The notes: generated by a model from the letters alone, not told the origin. 64,000 nucleotides of DNA from Fimbriosthenelais zetlandica (GCA_977030845.1 OZ365119.1:12214001-12278000), one strand, 5' to 3'. Positions 35,036-50,856 are shown, numbered from the stretch's first letter. Numbers and translations: made by a program.

Positions 35036-38000
35036 ATGACGAGGAAGGATTTCTACACGATTCTTGGCGTGGCCAAGGGCGCGTCGGACGACGAGATAAA
35101 GAAGAGTTACTACAACCTGGCCAAGAAATTCCACCCTGATAAAAATCAGGATGCAGGAGCTGAGGAGAAGTTTAAAGAGATTCAGAAAGCTTATGAAGCC
35201 ATCAAAGATGCTGACTCGAGGAGAGATTACGAGCTACAGAGAAGAGCTGAGGAGATGGAAGAACGAGCGGCCAAACATGCGGCCAGCAGTGCGGCGGAGA
35301 GGTACAACTTTAAAACGGGACCTTCTACCTTCAAAGGCTCGTTTGCTTTCAGTGCCGATGATTTCCAAGATGTCTTCAGTCGAGCTTTCCGTGGACGAAA
35401 CAAGGAGAACACCAAACCCAAAGGAGACCGATCCAACCGTAATACATTCAACTTTGCAGGTCGGCCTGAATGGGACGATGACTGGGCCACGGGTGGTCAG
35501 GGTGGCGACCCAATCTTCACTTTTTCCTTCGGGTTTGACGAACCACGGCCCAACCGTGCAGGCGAATCTGACGATATCTTTGACAGATTTTTCCGTGATC
35601 CTTTCTTTATGGACTCTTTTCCATTTGGAGGTGACCCAGGAATGCCGAGGTCACAGAGCAATCCACCAAGAGATAACTCCACCCCGTTCAGACCACCAGG
35701 GAAAAGCGCTGCAGAACGGGGCGCTGAGGAACGGGCAAGAAAGGCTGCTGAGGAAAAAGCTAAGGAAGATGTTCTCCGCAAAGAAGCTCAGAGGAAAGCC
35801 AAAGAGGCAGCCGAGAAGAGAGCCAAAGATGAACAGCGCAGGAAAAGAGAAACGGAGAGGATGTACGATTGGCAGAACGGGCTCTTCGGGACAGGGACCA
35901 AAGAAGAAACCACCAGCGAAAACAGTACGTATAAACATCTTATCACTGTAAGAGTTCTGCTCAAGTATGACTTGCGTCTTCCTTGGTTTCATTTCATCTC
36001 GTTCCTTATTACAGATGTACCAGGGAATTCTCAGCACCACAACCACAGTAATCATTCCTCTTTGCTTACAGATTTGGGATCTCTTGCTTGCTTCCAAATA
36101 ATTTATTGTTTTCGTTCCTGAGGTTTGGAGCATAGGGTGGAGTTGACAGCGTTGTAGCTCTCATTCCTCCATGTTTGTGGTATGACAACTAAACTCACAC
36201 ACACCTTTCTATCTTTGTGTATTTCTGCTGTCTTAAAATATCTGACAGATGGAGGTTTTACTATGTTAAACCTGTACATATAGTCCCTGGGTGATTTCTG
36301 CTTTAAGCCTGGAACACACTAATCCGATTCTCCAATCCGTCGCCATCCGAACCCCAACTTCTAATGGCATCCAATGACTGAAATTGTGTCAGTGGTTAGC
36401 CTTACCTAGGTGTTAAGGTGTGGTCAAAATACAATCATTTGGTATGAATAGAAATATAGTTTCCGACAGCTATCGGATGGAGCCGGATAGAGAATCGGAT
36501 TAGTGTGCTCTAGGCTTTACTCCTTATACAAGCTGACATCCTCTACACATATCATCCACTTCTGCTATCATATTCACTTTACATCAGTCTTATTGTGGGA
36601 CTACATGTCGACCAAGTCGCCCACCTTGGTCAGCCATCATTGAGACTTTCTCTCTGTAGATTGTAGGTGAATATTAGTGTTTTATTGTAGACACATGGCA
36701 TAGGAAGGTTCAGTGAGTGGGGTAAAAGCTGAGTCATGACTACCAAACAGTTGGGTCATGTCCGTTAGCGCAGATTCAAATTTCGCGGAGCGCTTCAAAA
36801 AACAAACTTCTGGTGCAAGCAGGCCAGCTGCCCGACCACAACATGAGCTGTAAACTTACAGACAACTGTCTCAGATTCCAATGAATACTTACAGTATATT
36901 AAAGGTATTTCTTTATATATTCAAACCCCCCTCCACCCATAAAACATTCATAAATGTTCGGTAGATTTTCAAATTATAACTGCCCCTAATTGTGTGTGAC
37001 ATGTCTGGAAGCAGGAGAGCACATGACTAATTATCTAAGTCTACATCTCCATGAACCATCAACAGTTGGTAGATTGAAAAAAACCATCATCTCATATCTC
37101 GTATTTATAATAAATACCGACTACCATGTCACGAGTCAGTGACCGTGAACAGGCGGCCATTCATGGTTCAGTTAGAATGTTGACAGATTGTAAACTAGAG
37201 TCAAACAAAGACCTCTAAGTGTACCTTTAAAGAAAGGTTAGAAAAACTTCCCCGCTTCAGAGTAATTTATTAAATCAACTCTCCGAGGTGTAAACCTTCA
37301 AATGTAAGTGTTTTATTGGTCAGACTTTACTGGAACTTTCTCAGAATGTTGGTTATAAACAACTTTATGGAGTAAAATCGCAATTTACGCAAATATCCAA
37401 TCTAATTTACTAGAAATAACCAATCTAATTTACTAGAAATTAGCCAGTATAACCAGCCCTTACTCCATACAGCTAGAGTCCTGGCTAGAGATGGATACTC
37501 CGTCTAACAAGAAATAACCAAGCCAATAACCTCCAGGTTATTCTCCAGACTGTACCTAGGCACCTCAGTAAGCTTTCAGCCCCTATCTGACTGTAGCTTT
37601 GTTTATGTTTGATGTATCATGTGATGTATCATTAATATGATGCTGTCATGATATCTCATTATGTGACAGTCATAAAGCAGCCATCATGACCTCCCCCCGC
37701 TGCCCTGGTCGACCTATATCAGTCTGATATATATAACCCATGTATATACCCCCTCTCTCTTCCCTGGTAATTGTCCCTGGGTTAGGGCACAGAGGGCTCT
37801 GAAAGGACAATTGCCCTGGATATATAATATCCAAAATATAACCCAACTTTGGATATTTTACATTTATTTGATGTCAAAGATATTATCTTTGTAAGGAGAG
37901 ATGCTGTGAACTAGAGAATGTGGGCTTGTCACACACACATCTCCCCTCTATCCTCATCTAAGATGTTCCCCTTTAATCCACACAACCGAGTAAATCTATT

Positions 38001-41000
38001 TACCAGGTGGTTAATCTTCTCTCATGTGCATCAAGCAGCCAAAATAAATCCCGGTGCAGGATATTTGCCATGTGACATTCCCTTAGTCCTACACTAGTTC
38101 TCAGTGTGGATCTTAACTGGAAATGTTGCACAGTACCTTTTTGCACTTGAGGACTTTTTGCCTCCAAGGATTGAAATGTCTCCTTTTGACTTCTCTTAGA
38201 AACAACAAAGTGTCTTTTTGTGAGGCAAAATTCATTCCCAAATACATAAAATTGATTAATTATTATTACAAATAATACTGCATGAAGATTGCCTTTCCTT
38301 GATGTGAAAAAGGCTGAAATATCCTGGCAAATCCTCTACTAATCCACGTAGAGTCTACACTTGATCAGAAACAAAGAGGAAATCTGAGAAACATTTCCAT
38401 ACAATTTCCTTCATAAGTAAAAGTTAAAACATAACACATTGGTTGCCTGAGAAGATGGACACAAGTGTAGAGAGTAATAGAGTTGGTTTGGCGGACAATG
38501 AGCCTCCCGCTGCCAACTCAGTGAGAGAGACGGACCCATGGTGAACAATAGCAGGTGGTCGCAGTGGGGGCTGGGTGTGGTGTGTTTTTACTCCTCAAAT
38601 TCACCACAACTAACAATGCTAGAAACTAGTCAAAATCTGTACTTGCCCAAAAGTGTGCTCGCTAGAATGGATGGGCCAGGAGAGAAGAATTCTTTCTGAC
38701 CAAGAATGATTTTTATCCACACATAATCAAATCACACATAAACTGGGTTAAAACTTGTTCAAACATTGGCAGAATAAGTACTACTCCCTGGACCCATGAC
38801 ATGAATTATTTGGTGAACAAAAGCATGATTTTAGTGAGTTTGGCTGATCTGAGCACTCCACCACCATCCTGAAGCTGAGACAACTGTGACCATAATGATC
38901 TGTTTATTTTAATGCACGTACATGTAACCAGGATGTTTTTACTGGCTGGAGCAGACTTAGAAAGATCTAGAAAAAACATGAGTTATTTCTGATGTAAGCC
39001 TGCCAGGATCCGTGCCATGTGGGGGGGGGGGGGCATTTTGTAAACTCTGATGGTTATATAGATGACCTGGTCTTATGACACATTTCATGTTCTCGTCTCT
39101 CTCACCTTCCCTTCTCTCTCTACCTCTCTACGTGCGGTGGTAGGTCTATATTATAGATATATGACACATTTCATGTCAGGATTAAAGTGGTAAAGTCGGA
39201 AGTGGGGCAGAAGTGGCAGGATTTGGGTTGAGGATCCTAAGGTCATCCTAAGGTCATCCTAAAGCTGATGAGTGACATCAGGGTTCTGGGTTATTAACCC
39301 TTATCTGGAATAGTCTTTACATGGTTTAAAAAGTGTTTCTGTGCCCCAGGGTTGAGAAGCTGGTTAGATCTGATCCCCACTATGAGACATTAGAATTAGA
39401 GCACATAATCCTGACAAAACGCTGTAGAAGACTAGACATGCATGGTAAAGCTTAGCCTACTTCTCCTCTATAATGCCAGCTTGTGAAAGGGCAAGTGCGA
39501 AGAAGATCCGCTCTTCTGAATCTATAATGAGTCGTTCATAAGAAGGGAGCATTATAACTGGGGAGGGTTCAGTGAATTAATGATATTGAATTAATTTTAC
39601 AAGTCTGAACAATGGTCAGGCGTTCAAAATGGTGTAGGCATCCCTACAGGACCCGACATACTTCGAAATGTCATTCTTTCTTTCATTCTCAACTTTCTAG
39701 ATTTTGCTGAGTCTGAGTAGGAATGACATTGGGAATATTCTGATAATTGATTGTGAAGTATGTTGAGCAGTGCTGATAGACTGACGGTCTATGTGGGTAG
39801 AGGTGATCGATTGTAGACACAGCCATGGGTCCCTGCCTCTTTACAAATCAATCTAACTTGGGATAGATATTGGAGGGACCCTTGGAGACATGCCAGAAGT
39901 TTAAACACTGAATGCCAAGTGTCTAACATAGATAAAGGCCTGCCTGTCGACCTGGAAATGTTTGATATAGGCTCTGGAGTTCTAGTATGTATCCTTATTC
40001 CAGCAATTATTAAAAAGTTCGGGCAATTATTTGACAGACAGCTCATTATGTATGGTGAGGGTATCTATTATGAAGAGGGATTATTATGTGGGCATTATTT
40101 CTATTAACTGAGGGGGTCGGCCTACTTGTGTCCGTGTTTACAAATAGAGGGGCATGCCAGAGATGGATGTTATTCAACACATGGGGTTCTTTGATGGTGA
40201 GACAGAGTAAGGGGCTCGGGGGGGGGCAGCAGTTATTGTAGGGATATATACCTGTACATCTTACCCTATACCTAGTCTAGTGGTTTAGACACCTAGCTAG
40301 CTCACATTAACCTAAACCACCATTCCCAGACACTGTGGGACTAAAATAACGCCGCATAATGTTAGCAAAAATAGTGACAAATGTTCCACAATGGTTGCTG
40401 AAGGGTTTTAGGGCTCTTGATTCTGAGAGTGAACATATGGTCTAGTTTCCACTCAAGGCTGATGTAGGAAACTTACTGGGAGATAAGCAGCATATACATA
40501 ATCTGATTTCATTGGTGGAGTTACCATGGATACCGTACAGTGACCTGGTTGCTTAGCACCTCACTCACGTGGCGGAATGTTTGTTTTAGGTTTACCTTAA
40601 ACTCTACTGTCCTCGTGTGACCTCTCACCGTCAGAGAGCACGCTGTGGGAATGTTAATTACCTTTACCTGTATTGAGAGGGAAAGGTAGTCAAATTTTCC
40701 AAAATCCCTGAAAAAACGTGGTTATGAGTCATGGTTAATTTATCATAGATTTGTGAAAGTCATGAATCTGATGTCACACAGGGTCTACTCAAACTCAAAG
40801 GTCACATTTTTTTTTGTAAATTGGGGTGGGTTTTTGTTTTGGAAATTCTAAATGAGTCAGGATATGACATAAGACCATTATTTTATCTCATATTATGTCA
40901 AATGTTACCTTTATCTTCTAATTTATCTTCATTTCAAATGACGAATGTGAATAATGTCAGTGCAGAAGCAGGGATCATGATGAATGTAAATATTAGATGT

Positions 41001-44000
41001 CTATAACGTGGGCCTCACTCTACTCATTAAGCTAACTTCCTCTAAGTTTTCTTGGATTAGTAATCTTCTGAGGAATCGTGCTGTCGCGCGGGGTTTGAAT
41101 CCTGTTAGAACACTGTCTACTTGCATCATATTCCATGCCCTGAGGACTGGAGAGCCACAAAATGCACACAGAATACAAATTAGTTCCCGGCCAACCGAAA
41201 AACGCGGGAACAGAAGTTGACTGGGGAAGTTTTCAGTCTTCAAAAATGTCCTCCCCCGATTATTAAAACAGGATATGATGTGCAAGATATATTCTTAGAA
41301 TCCTGGAAAATTTAAAGGAATTTTTGAAGTTTTCTCAGACGAAACCAACACTTTGACTTTAACTTGGTATTAGTGTTCTCTGTTATCTTTGACTTTAACT
41401 TGGTATTAGTGTTCTCTGTTATCTTTGACTTTAACTTGGTATTAGTGTTCTCTGTTATCTTTGACTTTAACTTGGTATTAGTGTTCTCTGTTATCTTTGA
41501 CTTTAATCTTGGTATTAGTGTTCTCTGGCTGAGTGTTTAGCCATCGATAATACATGTAATCCCCTTAAAACATATGTACCATCTTAGTTAAACTGATGGA
41601 CAAAGAGGGATTAAAAGTACTGACTTAGTATCTGTGCAGTTAGTATGGACATGGTAGACTGTACAGCTTGTATTAGACACCTTCAACTGTTAACTGTTGA
41701 CAAGGCCATGTTGGCTCAAGGGATGAATCAGTCTCCTCAAATATACCGACTTAGCAAACACTCTACACACACTTTTTTCTGTCTACTTTCAAAATGGATT
41801 CTGAAAAATATATCCTGTCTTATTCATAAGGGAAGGTTGCAGACAAATAACTTTCATTGCGGAATGTCCGATTCCTCACACTTCCATTTGAGCATTTTAA
41901 GTTGACTTTGATTTTTCAGTATTATCATAGATATATGATGATTTGAAGAATTTGTATTCCATTTGGTATATTATATTTAGTTTAAGCGAGTCTTCATAGG
42001 AGAGCCATACCTCAACTATGGGCACACACTTCCTCAGTACAGGAATATGTATACAGACCCCCGTGCTATGTAAATTGCGGATGTGTTGGGCTTTTACAAA
42101 AAATAATAGCTAGGATTAATAGCATGTGTTTATATTGATTTCATTTGTTATTTATTTTCCCCATATGCCTCTTTTATTTTGATACATACTTTCTCCTAGT
42201 TTACAGAGATGCCATTTTCCTTCATATGATATATAATCTAAACATTTTTCTCGAGTCGTAAACATTTTCAAAATCAGAAAACACTTCTTTAGTTGTTTTT
42301 ATAAATGGCAGCTCTCACAGGCGAATACAATAGTCACTAAATGCCTGACAATAATGCTGTTTATTTCTCTTGTCATATTTTCACTTTTTAGGTCCATTTA
42401 TTTGAGTTGCATTTCAGTTTCAAATGCTGTCTCCGCTGGCCAGACTAAGCTCCCAATACGCCTTCAAAATAAGAACATATTCACGAACTTTCTGAATCAT
42501 GATACAGATTCTGTTTGGGGCTAAAGCAAAGGTTTCTGCTTTTGTTCAAAAGGCCTAAAAATAATGTTCTGAGCCAGAGTTGAGACACCATGCTTGTAAG
42601 CTTGGACTCCACTGCTGCAATTTGGCTTGCGACACTACTGCGACAAAGGTGATGCTTGCGACACTACTGCGACAAAGGTGATGCTTGTGTCACAATAATA
42701 TTTATAAAATGTGATCGAAGTATCCTAGGCCATACGGCAGTTGTTCACTGGTACATCTTTAATTGAGATAAATACGTCACATTTGTCGTAATTGTATCGC
42801 AAGTAAGATGGCAGCAGTGGAGTCCGGGCTTTACTGGTGTGTGGGGTAGCGAGCAGCTGACGACTATAGCGCCTTGCTCTGTTATAGCATTGTTCTCTTG
42901 TAATACAGTCTGAAGGCATGTTTTTTTGTTTGTCTGCTGAAACTTACAGCTTCCTATATACCCCGGTATCGAGGGTACTACCAACGATACATGTCACCCA
43001 CAATGGACGCCGGTACAACCTCCAGTACCAACCAGGGTACCACCTCGAGTACCAACCACGGTACCACCTCCAGTACCAACCACGGTACGACTTCATCGCC
43101 GTACCGTCGCCACGCCTCAGCTCCAGTATATGAGGATCATAATCTGTCATACTCCTACATCCCCTCTACAGGGGCAGGAATCAGACACTCTAACATACAC
43201 GGTACATCGTCTTACACACCAAAGTACCATAACATAAATGGTGACGGTACCACAGCTTACACACCAAAGTACCATAACATAAATGGCGACGGTACCACAG
43301 CTTACACACCAAAGTACCATAACATAAATGGCGACGGTACCACAGCTTACACACCAAAGTACCATAACATAAATGGTGACGGTACCACAGCTTACACACC
43401 AAAGTACCATAACATAAATGGCGACGGTACCACAGCTTACACACCAAAGTACCATAACATAAATGGCGACGGTACCTCGTCATATACTGCAAAATATAAC
43501 CTAAATGAGGACGCGGTACCTCATGAACCTCGCTCATCCTCATCCACCTCATCCTCATCGTACGCTAGTCGCTACACAGAGAGTATTTATGATAATGATA
43601 GGACTTATATCCCGAGATACGAGGAGAGATGCGAGTATGAGCCGTCAGTAGATGGTCGAGAGACGCCTTATGATAACTATACCACATATAGTGGGTCCTC
43701 AACATGGAAGCCCTCCCACTCAACCCTGTACGAAACTGACGACATCCTCACCAATGGCTACAACAACGACAACATGGGTGGTAAACCCTCGACTCATGAT
43801 TATTACAATGACGGTAGGAGTCCACCCCCTGATGCATGTTTTTGCTGTGTATCTTTCATGAATTGTTTAATACCATTTCCTCTCTTCTCTCTCTCTCTCT
43901 ACATCTCTCTTCCTAACTCAATTCTTGTTTGCCTTAGGTCGCAAAACAAGATAGAAAATGAATTTCCGTTCAGTTAGAGTACATATTGGGTCATGTTTGA

Positions 44001-47000
44001 TCACACGCTCTACTGTTCAGTGATGTGTGATGTTTTTGATGAGGTACTCTAGACTGATCTCTCTGCCAGTTGTATAATCTCAGAATGTCATATTGTTTTA
44101 TTTCATGACATAAACATTTTACAATGTTCTTCTTCTGCCTCAGACTACATTTGTAATTGTTTTTTCTTGACTCCAACTGCATTTTTAATATCCATTTCTT
44201 GACAAAGGAGGCAAAATGTACTTCTCTTTAATGAGTTTCATTAATTTGTCATTTCCATTGAGATTTGACTATATCTCTCACACCTATTCGGTAGTATAGT
44301 ATTATTTATTTCATGGGATCTATTTCTTTTCTCTTTGAAGTTAGTATAGTATATTGATCATTTTCAAGTTGACTTCAATCAAACAGGTTCCCATCAGATA
44401 TGAGTAGATGGAAATGTTAGATGACTTCAATCAAACAGGTTCCCATCAGATATGAGTAGATGGAAATGTTAGATGACTTCAATCAAACAGGTTCCCATCA
44501 GATATGAGTAGATGGAAATGTTAGATGACTTCAATCAAACAGGTTCCCATCAGATATGAGTAGATGGAAATGTTAGAATGTTAGAATTACCTTCTGGTAA
44601 TGTTAGAAGGTCTTTTATCATCTCTTGTAATGAAGTGAGGACATGTTGAGAGTTGAGGACAGACCACACCCCATGTTTGATATGTGTCTTTGTTCATTTC
44701 ACTAATAATCGCCTGTTTTTATTATTAATTCATTATTAATCATTTTCTCAGCCCACACATGGTTGCTAACTCACACTGCATTATGTTATCTAACCTTAGA
44801 TTTATACATTTTATTATCCATTATTCAAAGAAGGTATTAATCCATTAATATCACTTCTTTCTTCCCAGAGAAGTTCAGTGAGAGTACAGCATACACATAA
44901 CAATATGTCCCTACAGTGTACCGCCACACGTCACTCTAGCAGTAAGCCTAGGTCAGCAGTTAAGGTTTATAACTTTGACCGTTTCTTGTTTTGCTGTGGT
45001 GTGGTCATGAAGCTCGCTATAATTTAAATAAGATTTTTATATCTCTCCATTTTGTTACTAACAGCTAAGGCTAATGACGATCAATTTTGTTAAATTATAT
45101 TGGCTACTTTGTTCATTTTGATTTATAAATAATAATCTAAAAAATAAACATAGTTAGATTTAATTACAGGATTAAATATTAATATTATCTAATTAATATT
45201 GATAAAAGAAAAATTGCTTAATTTTGTGGGTAGTACATGCATCCTGTATTCTTATTTAAAAATCAATCATTATTTTCAGCTCTACTTGGGACCTGTCAAG
45301 TTTATCATGTACATTTGTTTGATTAGCAATCATGATTTGTCGTATTTTCTCTATATTTCTCGTACTTGTCGCCTTCCCCTGGCTCATGAAGTGTGTGTGT
45401 TTACCTATGTGCCCCTCTACCACCCTGTGTATACTGTCTTAGGTCAGCTGTTCCTCCACTTTGAGCTAGTAGCCATACTCCTGGCTATAACTTGTAGCGG
45501 ACTCCCTTCAATGTATTTCTATTCCTGCCTCAGTCTGGAGTCTATATAGACATGCTCACTACCCACTTTCTCTATCAGCGTTTTTTATTACCAAAAATGT
45601 GTTTGTCGAAACATTTAATCATTTTTTTCCAGTCTTCACTATCTCCTGTATTTAAATGTCTTTCAAGTAAAAGCTGATACAATTCGTGGATTTACATCAT
45701 CACATTCTAAATGTATGTGTCGAATATCATAATAATATCTGTCCATTACTTTCCAGCTTGTAGTCAGCCAATACATTTTTGGGAAGTTTTGATACTTTTT
45801 ATGATTCATTAAAATGCCTTTTGTTTTGGCAGGTAAAGACGTGTGTGGGCACAGCTAGGTCAAGCTGGTACATGGTGTAACGCTTCTGACCCACTTAACT
45901 CAAACAATCACCAACAACTAGTGGACTTTAAAAAGTCTCCAGTTTACAAAGGCTTTGTTGTGTGAAGTTAAATATATTCACACTTGCCACCCTGACTCGG
46001 CCCCCCCCCCTGACTCACATCTCAGATGCCTCAGATCTCAAAATTTCAATTCTCAAATCTTTAACTGCAAATATTCTCATATTTTCAGCCACTTTTCCTA
46101 TCAATAAAACAAAAAAATTGGTTTAAAAGCTATGAAAGTTATAATGGCATATTTGAATCCTACTGTTCCTTATTTTACTGACAAGTACAGGAATACAAAC
46201 TGTGTCAATTCCAGGAATACAAATAATTAAAATCAGGTATGATTGCCTGACACTGTCTTCTCTGCCTAAATTGTCACGTAAGGTTTTTTTTTTCTTTTAG
46301 AGTAAAATAGCTGAGGGCTGTGCATGTCTGGTCATGCCATGTCTCTGGTCATGCCATGTCTCTGGTCATGCCATGTCTCTGGTCATGTCATTTCTATATA
46401 TCATGATTAATGACCTATATGACTCATCTCTCCCCTGGTCATCATTGTATGCTGTTAGGTGACGGTTTATTAGCCACATCTCATTCTCTCTTCTCTCTAC
46501 ATTCTCTATTGTCTCTCTCTTTATGAATAACCATCTCTCCCTTCATGCCACAAGCTTCCTATACATGTTGACGAGTGGATATGTTTGCCAATATTTCTAT
46601 CTTGCTGTCTTTCACTCTCTGTCTGTCTACCTTCCCCTTCTACTCTCTCCCCTTTCGTTCCTCCATCCCGACTCCTCTCTTTAGCTCTTTCTCCCCCTCT
46701 TTAGCTTTCTCCCCCTCTCTCTATCTCCTTCCTCTTGCTCATTCCATCCTAGCCCCCTCTCTCTATCTCCTTCTCTCGCTCATTCCATCCTAGCCCCCTC
46801 TCTCTATCTCCTTCCTCTTGCTCATTCCATCCTAGCCCCCTCTCTCTATCTCCTTCTCTCGCTCATTCCATCCTAGCCCCCTCTCTCTATCTCCTTCTCT
46901 CGCTCATTCCATCCTAGCCCCCTCTCTCTATCTCCTTCTCTTGCTCATTCCATCCTAGCCCCCTCTCTCTATCTCCTTCTCTCGCTCATTCCATCCTAGC

Positions 47001-50000
47001 CCCCTCTCTCTATCTCCTTCTCTCGCTCATTCCCCTCTCCCTCCGTTCTCCCTCTGTTCTCGACCACTTTATAAACTGTCTTTAATCACTGTTTGTATAA
47101 TGGGAGAGTAATGAGTCCGTTAGCTGCCAATTATGGCTGACAATTAGTGATGCCACCTTTATGTGGGTTAGCCTGGTTATTCTAGTCTGACAGGTACTGT
47201 GGATGATATCCATACACATCAATGATGGACTCACTCAATGTGGTTTCATTCTTGCCTATGTCTTGATCAAGAGTCTTCAAGTTACTGAATGATTTAAAAA
47301 AATCATATGGAATTCTCTATGGCTACATTATATATGTGAATTATATATAGGAAGGATAGTGATTTTTCTCTATATCTTTTCCTTCATGCCCCCAGCTGCC
47401 TGCTGAGTTGAACCTCTATCGTGTTGTAGTATTTTTTGCCTGGAGTCCTGGACCTGGCAGCCCATCTAAGACGAGTGACACATTCATTGGCAAACTTACT
47501 GTTCTTGCCACCCATACATATATTCAGGCCATGGGGTAAATGTGTCTCATGCTAGGTGTATTCATCATCTCTCTATAGGCTTGGATTGAGCTACAGTTTA
47601 TCCACATTGTTCATTCCTTCACTTCCTACACTGTTATAATTATACGAGGTGTTATTAGTAATAAATGGGGTAAAAATGTGCTAAACAATCATGTAAAAAG
47701 GCAAACGTTAGAAAAAAATTGTGTAAAATGTCTTGGAAAGTGCTGTAACACGGGAAATGTTTGGGATTTGTTAGTCATTGGTCCTCTCTGGTCCTACCAG
47801 CCCCAACCCTACAACTGAGATGGGAAGATTCCGCTGACAGCATCAGGGAAGGGGAGTAAATGCTGCTCTCTACAGAGAACATTAGTCTTGATACCAGCCC
47901 CCGTGTTAAGCCACGAATACACTAATCCGTTTCTCTATCTCGAGCCATCCGATAGCTGCCCAAAACTATATTTCTATTCACACCAAATGCTTGTAATTTG
48001 GAACATCCTTTATACCTAGGTAGGGCTAACCACTGAGAGAATTTCTTTAGATGTCATTAGAAATAGGGTATCGGATGGCGACGGATAGGAGAATCGGATT
48101 AGTGTATTCCTGACTTTAAACTGAAGCTTTCCTGAACTGCTCTGAGCAGCTCTGATGACTCAGGAGCAGGTCAAACTAAAGCCTGGAACACACTAATCCG
48201 ATTCTCCAATCAGTCGCCGTCCGTACCACCATTTCTAATGGCATCCAAATATTGACATTTAGTGAGTGGTTAGCCTTACCTGGTTGTAAAGGTCTGTTCA
48301 AATGACAAGTATTGGGTGTGAATAAAATATAGTATCGGACAGCTATCAGATGGAGCTGGATAGAGACTCGGATTAGTGTGCTTCAGGCGTTATAGATTTA
48401 TTCATTGCAGACGTAAACTAGAAATATTACAGTGAAAGCATGTAAGGTACGAGCCCTGACTAATCATATTTATGTAGAAATAATGCGCACATTTTATCAC
48501 ACTTCAGTACAGTGTTTTACCAGGACATCCTTGTTTTATCTGTCATGTTTTCGTTCACGTTTGAAATCAGATATCAGCTGCAGAACACCTTTGTTGTGGT
48601 CACAAAGAAACCCTCTGTTTAAGGCTTGGCTCTGTTTAAACATATCAGGTTCCATATCCTGAATTTTGTCTAAAACATTTCCCAAACTTATCACTTTGAA
48701 CCAATAATAATCCATTTTCCATCTTTACCTAGAATCCAGACAATTTCCCGACTGCAGCATGAATATCACACCAATTCCCCAACACAATTGCTCCACTTTA
48801 AGTATTCAAAAGTTGTTTCTCTGATGCAAAACCTCTCTAATTTCTGTTTTGTGATATTTTCTCTTGTAGAAGACTTACCAACGGGTATGAAGCTGACTTG
48901 TAACTACTGTAATTGCAAGTTCCACCCAGCACAGTTGGTGAGTCAGTTCTCTATTTAAACCCACCATCAACATACTAAATGTACTATCAATAATACTATA
49001 GGTCTAACCCTAAACCCAGTATACACAGAATGTACTATCAATAATACTAGGGTCTAACCCTAAACCCAGTATACAAGTTACTGGAAGTCCCCTTGACCAT
49101 GTCCACACTTGTGCAATCTAGAACATTCAGTGTTACTGGTCCAAGACTTTGGAATGATCTCCCAATAGATATTAGACTGACTTCTGATATTGAGTCCTTT
49201 AAATAAAAATTAAAAACACACCTTTTTAGAGACTATTTCTGTTAATTCCAATATTCTTCTTCCCACACTACTTTTTGTCAACAGCGTTTAGAGCACAAAT
49301 TATTGTGGATTTTACGCGATACAATATAAATTATTATTATTATATATAAATTGAATGAGGATTAATTAAGATTAACTTGTTTTCAGACGATACATGAGAA
49401 GGACTGTCGAGACTCGTATTACGGTGCTCCATCTAACGCGTCCGACTCCTCGGGCGACGAACCATTTAGTGAAACTTTTAAACCAAAATCTGAAGATTTC
49501 AAAACCAATGAAGCATATATCCCTAAAGCAGAGGCTTCAGCAACATATTCCTCAGGAACAGGTAATGATTACTCTCAAAAATATATAATTCACCCTCAAT
49601 TTACTACCTAAACAATGTAACTACACTACCTAAACAATGTAACTACACTACCTAAACAATGTAACTACGCTACCTAAACAATGTAACTACACTACCTAAA
49701 CAAGCTAGTCAAGCTTTAAAAGTTGACTCATTTAAGTCCCAACCTTCAGGTAGGTTTATTAAGCAAAATGTATATCAAAAATATTAACAAATTTGTGCTT
49801 TTAACGTGTGTGTGAATTAACATTTGTTAGAGATTTTTTGATAGAAACTGGTCCATTTCAACAAAGTAGCTGCAAACAATTTGTGGGCTATGTTTATTTC
49901 TACCGAGCATTAGACTTATCCAGCAAAATTCCACTACAAATGGAGTAAGATATGGATTAGCAGGGGCTGGTGTGACAAGGTCAGAATGCCTGAGAGTTCA

Positions 50001-50856
50001 ATGTCGGGCAGTTTGATTTTCATTTTACCCGCTTTTCAGACAGTCAGATATTAAAACTTTGAGACGGAAATGGGTTCTAAAGTGCATGGCCGGTCAAATC
50101 TTAAGACAGTTAAGCCGGGACTCCACTGCTGCGATTTTGCTTGCGACATGTCTGCGACAAAGGTGATGCTTGTGTTTCAATGATAAATTTACCATTGGGG
50201 GACGGCCTCAAGGCCTTAGACACTTGAACCACAATTTATAAATTTTATTCTTACACAACTTCACAAGCATCACCTTTGTCGCAGTAGTGTCGCAAGCAAA
50301 ATCGCAGCAGTGGAGTCCCGGCTTTAATTTGTAAATGGTGTCGGGTTGGGGGGAGTTGTGTGTGGCATGTAGTTGTAATGGACCAGTACTGTGTGAGTTG
50401 ATGTGTTATTTTGACCTTTGACCCCCTCTTCTATGCGCTATCAGGCGATGAACCCCCATCATCTTACGTACCAAAGACAGACAGTTATACGTCACCGCCG
50501 CGCGGTACGTCCGCTGAACGTAAAGCAGCTAGTAGTACCGTAAAGAGCGACATTCTGAGGAACGCTTACATGGGCGCCATTAACGAGACCCTCCATAAAC
50601 ACACTGTAAACAAGCCTGTACCCGAGGACCCCAAGCCACAAGGTACGCCCATACTGTCCTCACACTTCAACATTTTACTGTGTGCATATTTTAATTTTTC
50701 ACTAATAGTTTGTAGTCTAAGCTACTAATATGTTTATTGATGTCTATTCAAATTATTCGCTGCATGAGGTACAGTAGAGAGAGTGAGAGAGAGAGAAGAG
50801 AGAGGGGGAGAGAAAGAGCGAGAGAAGAAAGAGAGAGAGAGAGGGTGAGAAAGAGT

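Noticed and set aside
45815-45840. Polypyrimidine-CAG|GTAAAG, a possible recursive splice site
   Set aside because: Donor half is weak, the intron is only about 5 kb, and such motifs are common by chance.
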